From: the human T2T-CHM13v2.0 reference genome, Homo sapiens
NCBI RefSeq assembly: GCF_009914755.1
Contig: NC_060929.1
Strand: one strand, 5' to 3'
DNA: 64,000 nt
Shown here: positions 55,186-64,000 of the stretch, piece by piece
Layout: every line of letters begins with the position of its first letter
Numbering within the stretch: position 1 is the stretch's first letter
Made by a program: the position numbers and the translations under genes
The notes under the pieces: model-generated
Seen by the model: only the letters and a program-made list of their open reading frames with translations
Database searches by the model: none
Told to the model about the DNA's origin: nothing

Positions 55186-56699
55186 ATACTTTGTATGGTG
55201 GTGAAAAAATAAAGGGAAGAGGAAAGAGAATTAAAGTATTTTGGAGGTCTACATAGTGCCAATGCCTGAGCCAGGCATTGTAATGTGTTTACCTATGATA
55301 CTAATGTCAAGACTTTAAACTCTTTATTTTTTTCTTTTATGCCCAGATGTCTTTGGGGGAAATTCGTAATTTCTACTGTCTTAAATGTCCTCATCTATAA
55401 ATCAAGGGGTTGTATCACGTTCCTTCCAAGAATCTTCTCTGTTCTAATCCTCTGCTTCTGTGCCTAGGCATGAAATAAAACAATCTTTTTTTCATGTTTT
55501 TGCGTATGTCTTACTCTGTCAACTTTTTGAAAGTCTTAACAAATAATAACTTTTGTATTCTGGATTTAGAGAATAACATACCCTATTCATCAGTTTATTG
55601 GGTCTAATACTACTTGTTCACCTCAGTTTTGTGTCATTTAAAATAGATCAGGTGGCAAAAGCAATCTGTTATGTAGAAGCAATTATTAGAAGGCATCTTC
55701 CACCATTCTGTTTTGAAATTTCTGGTAAACTATATGTTTGGATCTGAGAAGAGTTTATGATTTTTAACTGCAAAATCTGATATAGAGCAAAAATATTAAA
55801 GAGAATAATGTTTGTCATGCTACACAGTAAATTCTCAATGGCTTCTAAGTATAAATCTAAATCACAGGATTTAGTAAGAATTATCTAGAGAAAGACAACC
55901 TCAATTATCCAGTGGATATTCAATACACAAGCTGTTTCTTACCACAGATTTATTCTGGTACACTAACACAGGATGATTCTAAGAAGGCAATGAAATAACT
56001 CCCACCAGAAACAAACACTTCTTTCTATAAACCTTATCTCATACCCAATTTCATTCAAGGTAAACGTTTCTTGAAGTAACAGAAGAAAGTTAACAATTTT
56101 TGAATATTTTTGAACATTTATATATACTTATACACACTATATATGTAGTGGTTATATTATGTATAGAAAGATTTACTCGAGAAAGTTGGCAGTTTTTGCA
56201 CAAATGTCTTCTTTCTAGCTTCCTTTGATATTTTCTGAATAAGTATATAGCCAATTTATTTAAATAAATAATAAGCAACAATTACTGAGTTCAAAGTAAA
56301 AACAATTGAGCTCCTCAGTCTGGTTGCAAACAGGTCTCTTCTAGTGTTCGCCAATGCTTTCTGGGGTATCAAAATTTAGTAGGAAAAGAAGCTTGCATAA
56401 GAAAAGTTTTAAAATATTCAATGAAGAAGATAAGGTTGTTGAAAACCATGCAAGGGATGTTATAAGGCAGTGACAAATGACAATATTTCAAAATACATTT
56501 GAACTGATAGTGAATAATTTGAATGATATAAGTAGGAACCAGCCACTTGATAAATAGATAGTGAGAAGTCACTTTCTGTTACTGTTCATAAAGTTAAGAA
56601 TCTTCGTAATCACAAAACCAGCAAGCTAGGGAGCCTTTCTGGCTTCTGTACGTCTTATTTGTCAGATCATAACGCTGCAAAACCCTATCGTTTATTTCT

Positions 56700-56950
56700 C
56701 TCTCTGTCCATTCCACAAGCATTTCACAACAATTTCTGCATGCAGAGATACCCTTGAGAAACAGGAACATGCAAACAACCCACCCCAGTATTGCGATGGG
56801 TCCTAGGAGATATATGTACAGTGTTCTTGAAGCACAGATGAAGGAGAATGTAAGAAACATAAAAGCATCCTAGAAGTCTTCACAGCAGAGGAAATATTTG
56901 AGTTATCTTTTAGGATGAAAATGAGTTTGTCAGACAGGCAAAGGGAAATG
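56700..56950 (-). mobile_element. L2 3' fragment
   Basis: AGAAGTCTTCACAGCAGAGGAAATATTTGAGTTATCTTTTAGGATGA is a typical antisense L2 motif. Confidence 0.6.
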
Positions 56951-59574
56951 GTATTTGTTTTAATCACACATTAGTCACTCCACTCTGCCGGCAAGATGTA
57001 TATCAGGTATAACAATGATGAAACAAATGAAACCATTAATGATTTGTGTTAATCTCTTCTAACAGGTTATAGAATTTCTCATAACCAAGTTGTGAGGCAA
57101 ATCCTAACTTCCCATTATGTCATCATACATAATATTTGTTCTTGATAATTCATGAAATTCAGTTGCCCATTCACATTTTTTTCTATAGATATAGCTTCTT
57201 TATATTAATTAAAGAGTTGTTCTGAGTTGTAGATTTATAAATTTCAAGCAAGAAATGTCAATTCTAAGTTTTAGACTTACATAGATGAGACAAAATATTC
57301 TATCAGTTTCTGAAATGGTTTATTCTCTGGGAGAGTGCTGTGTTACTTTTTGATATCTGTGATTAGTCTTCCTTAAAAATGATTGTGTAGTGAAAAACAT
57401 GACACATTAGCAGAGTTAATGAACCATGGAGATGTTTTGGATATTTATGTTTTTTATACTTGTGATTTTAGAAAAGAGTTCTGGTTTAGTTACACAGTCT
57501 ACCTTTAAGAAGGATTTCACATAGACAGTATTTTGTATTATGTATTATTATTAATTTGCTTAAAGTGGATATGTATGTCCTAGCGTATTCTCTTGTGTTC
57601 ATTGACTAGTAAAATTAATATGTCAAATGTTTAACAGGCTATTTTAGTTTTAAGCATTATATTATTTTAAAGTTATTTTCTTTAATTTTCATTTTATACT
57701 TTTTGCATTAATCCCATTTATCTATCACCTCATTAGAGAAGTTTTTCTCAAATTGGACTACGTGCAGTAATCTTCAAATGTTCCCTATTCAAAGACAACA
57801 CTAAAAAATCATTATGCTGCCTAATACTGCTGTTTTTGCTAAGGTTATTTTCCTGATCTTCAATCGCTTGGTGCATGTGTTATTTTATATTTTATGTAAC
57901 TTTATTTATACACTCATGTGTTTTAGACATTACAATAATTCAATTATTTATTGAATATTAATTATTACTTTTAACTAATTTTTCTTCTCTGTAACATACT
58001 TCAGTCCATTACTCCCAAACCTCTGTCCAAAGCTCATTCCCTACACTTTCGATATTTTATTAACATTTCATAATTATCACTTATCCACTCTATGGTCACC
58101 TGGTTTAGGCTATTTTGCAAACAAGTATGTTTGTTATACTTTATTTCAAACTTTATTCTGGCTTTTCCTCTGTTTGCTAATATTATTTCAGTAAGGTTCT
58201 GATGCCTATTTGGAAGAAATATAGTCCTTGTTGATTTTAAGGTCATAATTTACATTTTTATTGAAATCCTTACCTGCCTGTCACTGTAATTTTTTTAGGT
58301 GTGGGTACTTATTCTATTCCACATGGCTGGCAGGGCAATTTTCTACCAAAGACCAGGGTTCCTCTACACTTTCAGATTGTAAGTTTGAAATAGATGTCTT
58401 TAGAAATTGTGTTTAAAGAGTACTTTGTTTCTTATCTACTCTTCTAGTCCTGACGATGTGTTATTCATTTATTATTTAGAGCTGGCCTCTCTTAACTATT
58501 TTTCCAGTTTTATCTTGGCATTACTATTCTGTGAGCAGGCATTCTTAAATTCTTGTTTCAAGAGGGTTCCATCAACTGAACTCTTATTTTTTTAATTTTG
58601 CTTTTTGCTTTACATATGTCCTTTTTTAAAACAAAATTTGAAATAATTGATATATATTTTATGTTACCAGAAAATTTGTGATGTATTTTAGAAATAAGGC
58701 GTGAACAGGAGCAAAGAGCATAGGCTCATGTGACCTGGTTCAGATTCAAACCTTTGGATTATCTCATATTGTTAACCATATATCTAAGGTAAACACCATA
58801 ATTTAAATCACCCATTATTAGCCATCAATAAAGAGGACACAAGAATTAGATATGCTTATATAGTAATTTTATTTATAAAAATCAGGCCAGAGTTTTAAGC
58901 CATTGCAAAGAAATAAATGAGCCAATGGTACAGTTATTACCTGGGTTATGCAGTTTCAGTTCTCATCAACTATTAGATTGTTGTGAAGCTGGTGGTGGTG
59001 TTGCTTTCATCAATTTTCATTCTACCTTCCAATAGTTTTATAGTTTTATCTGAGGGTTTCTTGGTATCCTTTTACCAATTCATTCTAGCCCCTTTCTTTT
59101 CCTCTTCAGTGTGTATGTGACCATCCACTGATATTCTACTGTACTAAATTATCTTTTCCAAGAGCCCTATTTCTTATCAGTTAGAAAAAAATGCTGCCAA
59201 TGCAGAGTGGCCAAGCTGGGAGTTATTTAGGGCAATGTGGCAGTTACTGTGTTTGAGTGATAGAGAATGCAATTCTGAAAGGGAATGGGAACAATAACCA
59301 GGTTAATTAAGGGGAGCTTTAATAAACAAAGAGTATAAAGAGAGAAATGATTATCTAGGCTACTTTTTGGGAATAGTAGCCTATTATATTCTCAAATATT
59401 TGTGAGAACATTGAATTTCATAGCATGTAAAAGTATATCTTCTCATCAGAAACATTCCTTTGCACATCCCTTCTAAGAAGCATTGTATTTTTTCCCTTCA
59501 TCAAAATGCCCATTTTTCTTAGTTTTTTAGCTGATCTATGATATAAGGTATAGCATATATTATATAATAAACAT

Positions 59575-59760
59575 TTTTTCTTTGTTTCTGTTTTTTCTTT
59601 CTCCTTCTCTTTTTCTCTTTTCTCTGTTTCTTTCTATTCTCTCTTCTCTTTCTCTCTTTTCTTTCTCTTTCTCTCTCCTTCCTTCCTTCCTTTCTTCCTT
59701 TATTTTCTTTCTTTCCTCTCTTTCTTTCTCTTTCATTCTCTTTCTTTCTTTTACTTTCAC
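59575..59760. repeat. Polypyrimidine/polypurine low-complexity tract (CT/CTTT/CCTT-rich)
   Basis: About 185 bp of almost exclusively C/T on the plus strand. Confidence 0.92.
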
Positions 59761-60549
59761 CTCTACAGAGTACCAGAAACTTATGAGGCATGACTGGTTC
59801 AATTTTTGAAATGACACCATCCCTACATTCAGGAGTTTATTTTAAAGAATAACACAAACATGTGAACAGTTTGTCACAATACAGCTCTGATCATATTTTA
59901 TAGGATGTTTTGCAATCTCTTTCCTTATGGCTTCTTATGTCATCTGTTCATTTTCTATATATTAATACTTGACTTAACTGGATAATGGCGGGGGGGATAT
60001 ATGGATGGATATTTAATGTTGCCTAGAGGGCTTATGACTAGAAGAAACCATTACTGTAGTGGTTGGAACCTGCTCAAGAGGATGGAGTCTCTTCTAAGTC
60101 TATAGAGGCAAGTGCTTGTGCCCAAGATCCTCTTTTAGTGTTTCTGCTAAGAAATAAAAATGAAATCAGAGCGTACACAAGTGGAGATGAAAAATAGATG
60201 AAGCACAGTACAATCAGAATGTTTTCTGAAGTTCTACCAAATTAACCTTTGGAGTAAAATCAAATAGATAGATAAAAATGACAGTCTATACAGTCATTTT
60301 TATATCAAACAATGTTTAGGTGTGTTGCACATTTTCCCATCTGTAATAGTTAATTACAATTCCTTAGGATTTCCCTTCTCTCATAAGCATTGAATTTGAT
60401 TAATCAGAAAACTTGACCCACTTTAATTGCTGGTCTAAATATGGCCAGCTTTTTATTTCCTCTATATGTTTAGTTTATTTTTATTTATGTCGTAAGTAAA
60501 AGTGAATCCATCAGACAACAACTTAACCTTCATCCAAACATGCTATTGC

Positions 60550-62280
60550 CCATCTCTTTGACTTGTTTTGTTTGACTTAATGTAATTTTATCTTTCAGAA
60601 GCCTGTTTTCATCATCCACATGCTTTCCTCTTGATATTACGTGCATCTAAATCTTTCCCAAGAAAGCATACTTTTTATTTTAGTTATATTTATTTTATTA
60701 AAAGCCCTCATGCTTCATAGAGTCTTGCAGTTAAATTTTTTCAGTAAATAGTATTTTGTAAATATTCATATATATTACTGCATGTTAGCATAGTGTATTC
60801 ATTTTACCACTTTATGATATTCCATTGTGTAAATATCCCACAGCTCATTTGCATTTTCCTCATCTTGAACATTTGGATCATTTCCAGTGTTTTTGTTTTC
60901 TACTGTGAACAATATTCCTTGATCACTCTTGGAGATGTCATTATATATGAGCAAGTTTATCTTGAATATAAATTTAGGAGTAAAATTATTTTCTTATAAG
61001 TATGTGATGTTTTCTTTATGAGAAAATGCTAAACTGTTGAAAATATTTGTATTTATTCATACTCGTATGTAGAAGAGATTCTGTGGAGCTACATCCCTCT
61101 CACATCACATAGTTTTTGTCAATGGAATGTAAAGCAGTATCTCACTGTGGTATTGATAAACCTTTTTCTGATTTATAATGATTCTATTCTTTTAGTTTTT
61201 CTTCAGTAAAATGTCTATTCACACATATTTACCATCTTTATTCAATTGGGTATTTTTTACTTTCCTTACTGATTTGTAGTAATTCTAAAGTATTATTGAT
61301 AATACTTCTTTGTTAGTTGTGGGGATTGTATTTTCCTCCATTTTTAATTTGTTCTTTCACTCTTTTTAAAGGTTTCTTTCTGATGAAGAAAGTTCTTACC
61401 TTTAATATAGTAAAATCTAATAATTTGGGGGGGACAATGCTAAATGGGTCTTAAAATTAAAAAAAAAAATAACAACTCCCTAGTCCACTCTATACCAAAA
61501 CCCAGAATGTAAGAACTTAAATTTTAAATTGAAGTTTAAAAAGTTTTATTTCCGACATTAACATTCTTAAATGATTTATAGTTGAACTGTGTATATAGTA
61601 TGTCCCTTTATTGTTGCTGTTTTTTACCATGTGAATTATCAACTTCAGAGCTCTATTTATTCAATAGTTGCTTATTTTTTCGATAAATTATGCTGCCTTT
61701 GTCACATGTTCCTTAAGTAGCCGCTTCTGATTTTAGACTTTCTCTTCTACTACAATGATTAATTTGGCCATTCTGTGTTCATACCACATTGTCTAAAATT
61801 CAATTCCTTCATAAGTCGTGCCATTTGTAAGTGAACATCCCTTCCTGATCTTTCTCCTACCGAATTATTTTGGTAGATTTAGACTTTTTAATCTTTTACT
61901 TAAATGTTAGGAATTAAAACATTCTGTGTAAATTCCTGTTTAGATTTTAATTGGAATTTCATTGAGTATGTGGATTAACTTTATGGCAATTAACATATCT
62001 GTGATATTATATATTTCCATGTGTGAGCATAGCGTATCACTTTATTTAAGATATCTGTATATGTTATAAATAGAATTTAGAATTTTACCTGTGGAAGGCT
62101 TAGCATTTTGATTCATTCCTAGATAACATTTTTTTCTGATAGCATTGTAAATGGTGTTTTCTCTTTAACTCATTTACTCCTCTATTTGTTTACTGCTGCA
62201 TAAAATGTTTTTTCTCACATTAAGCTGACAACCAACTACGTTGCTAAATGCCCTTAAAAAATGAGTTTGTAGATTTTCTT
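60550..62280 (-). mobile_element. Degraded L1ME-type element
   Basis: Antisense L1 3' UTR/ORF2 motifs (ATATTCCATTGTGTAAATATCCCACAG, TTTAATTGGAATTTCATTGAGTATGTGGATTAACT). Confidence 0.7.
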
Positions 62281-63215
62281 GCTCATTCAAATGATTTGAA
62301 GAAGAAGCTCTGTTCCCCAAAATTGAAAAGGTGATCCTTCCTCTTACAAAGTAGAAACAAGTACAAAATTCACTAGATTTGTCTTAAGAGCAAATAGCCC
62401 ACATAGAATATGTTTGGTAATAAGAAACATGCTACATGCATGCAAAAAAATTACAGGACCACAGAGCTAAAAATACCACATCACACATTCGGGTTTTTTT
62501 GGGGGACGGGTGCTAAGTATACTGAGAGTTATAATAGAAAATATATAATTGTATTGTTAATCTGTGGCCTCATTATGTGCAAATTCAGGATTGCAAAGGT
62601 TGAAAATTTCATTTTTTTAGCATTCCACAGCAATGCCTCAGTGAATATTCCTGTTTAGGGAAGCTCAATGTTTTTTCTTTGTTCTTAGGAAGAAGCACCG
62701 ACATCAATCAGGAATTCATCCCTTTTTTGTGTGTGCGTCATGAAATAATCAATTTCCTGACAATGGAAATTATGTGATATTTGACACGTTTGAGAAGGTC
62801 ACACCTTTTCCTTCAAATCTGATGAATAGAAAAGAAAATACAATTGCTTTATTTCAACTACATCCAATCTTTCTCCAAGCCTTATACTCTGCTTAGCAGA
62901 AAAAAAATAACAAAAGTCTAATCTGATTTAATGCTTATCTTACTTTGAAAATATAAATGAATAGTTTGTGTTCTTCCTTCAGTCTGCTTTGGGTAAAAAT
63001 GCTCAGTCCCTTGGGAAACCAATCCTTGCTTCTCCTTTGTCTTAGATCCTTTTTATATAATGTTAGCAAAGCAAAGAAAAGCTGGGATTCTCTTCTGCCA
63101 TTTGTGATCTCTTGAAGTATCACTTGTTGCCCTGGTTTCTGCTATTCTTCTTGGCATTTGAGGCTGACGTTTGATCTGGTTTAACTCATAACCTGTCTTT
63201 TACTGCCTCCTCATT

Positions 63216-63303
63216 CTCTCAACTCAGCCTATGTTCAACTCTCCCAGTGCCCTAGGCTCCTCTCAACTCAGCCTATGTTCAACTCTCCCAGTGCCCTAGG
63301 CTC
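63216..63303. repeat. Perfect 44-bp tandem duplication
   Basis: CTCTCAACTCAGCCTATGTTCAACTCTCCCAGTGCCCTAGGCTC occurs twice with no mismatch. Confidence 0.96.
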
Positions 63304-63594
63304 CAGTGCTCTGATGACGCCCTTCCAATCTCAGCTCTGGTGGTCCTCTCTATAGCACTAGACACAGAGCCAGTTCAGCCTCAGTTTTGCAATTCCTTCC
63401 GTCACATTTTTTGGACAATTACTTGAATATTTCTGAGAATATTTTACATCACATAAGCAACTAGGGAGAACAGATCAACCTCAAAATTCCCCTCTCCTGA
63501 TGATTCATGGCAATGCTCTTAGAATAAGGACTTCATAAAGGAGACTATCTAAATACTAACATTAGTAAACAAATAAAAATTAAACATTAGTTAT

Positions 63595-64000
63595 TATATG
63601 TGTTTCCTAGAATTGCCATAACAAAGTACTATAAGCTAGGTGGCTGCAACAATAGAAATGCATTTTCTTCTAAATCCAGAGGCTAGATATCCAAAATCAA
63701 GTAAGCAGCAGAGTTAATTTCTTCTAAGCACTCTGTGGGAGAATCTGTTCTGTTTTTTTTTCCTAGCTTCTGCTGGCTTCTTGGCAATCTGCCATTTCTC
63801 CGCTTGTGGCAGCATAACTCCAGTCTTCACAAGGCATTTTCCCTATGTCTCTGTGTCCAAATTTTCTCTTTCTGTAACATCAGCTATATAGGATTAGGGG
63901 TTCACTCTACTGTAGTATGACCACATCTACATTTAACTAATAACATCTACAATAACTCTGTTTAAAATAAGGTCACATTTTAAGGTACTAGGGGTCAGGA
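63595..64000 (-). mobile_element. MLT1C-like MaLR LTR (runs off the window end)
   Basis: TTTCCTAGAATTGCCATAACAAAGTACTATAAGCTAGGTGGCT...AAATAAGGTCACATTTTAAGGTACTAGGGGTCAGGA. Confidence 0.85.

Noticed and set aside
59519-59820. Lys/Arg/Glu-rich and Phe/Ser/Leu-rich ORFs
   Set aside because: Translations of the CT-rich low-complexity tract.

Overview
This window is AT-rich, CpG-depleted simian primate (human-like) nuclear DNA, judged from its Alu, THE1, MST and L1PA/L1PB content. It is intergenic or deep-intronic. I see no protein-coding exon, RNA gene, CpG island or CRISPR array, and the ORF track is explained by repeat remnants, low-complexity DNA and chance ORFs. The window is a layered transposon record. 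It holds three full-length MaLR proviruses (MSTA 111-~2946, THE1B/C 14192-16472, MSTA 44030-46389), solo MaLR, ERV1 and ERVL LTRs, several truncated L1s, five Alus, MIR/L2/L3 remnants and hAT DNA-transposon fossils. I did not find a convincing new biological system. The most notable observations are structural: an MSTA LTR nested in an MSTA LTR, a hAT element nested in a hAT element, a twin-primed L1 forming an inverted repeat with its neighbour, and a tailless internal L1 RT fragment apparently lodged in an Alu TSD. There is also a near-perfect 21-bp hairpin, two perfect tandem duplications and perfect DUX4-type motifs in two THE1 LTRs. Subfamily names come from recalled consensus sequences rather than a database search, and boundaries of old elements are approximate.
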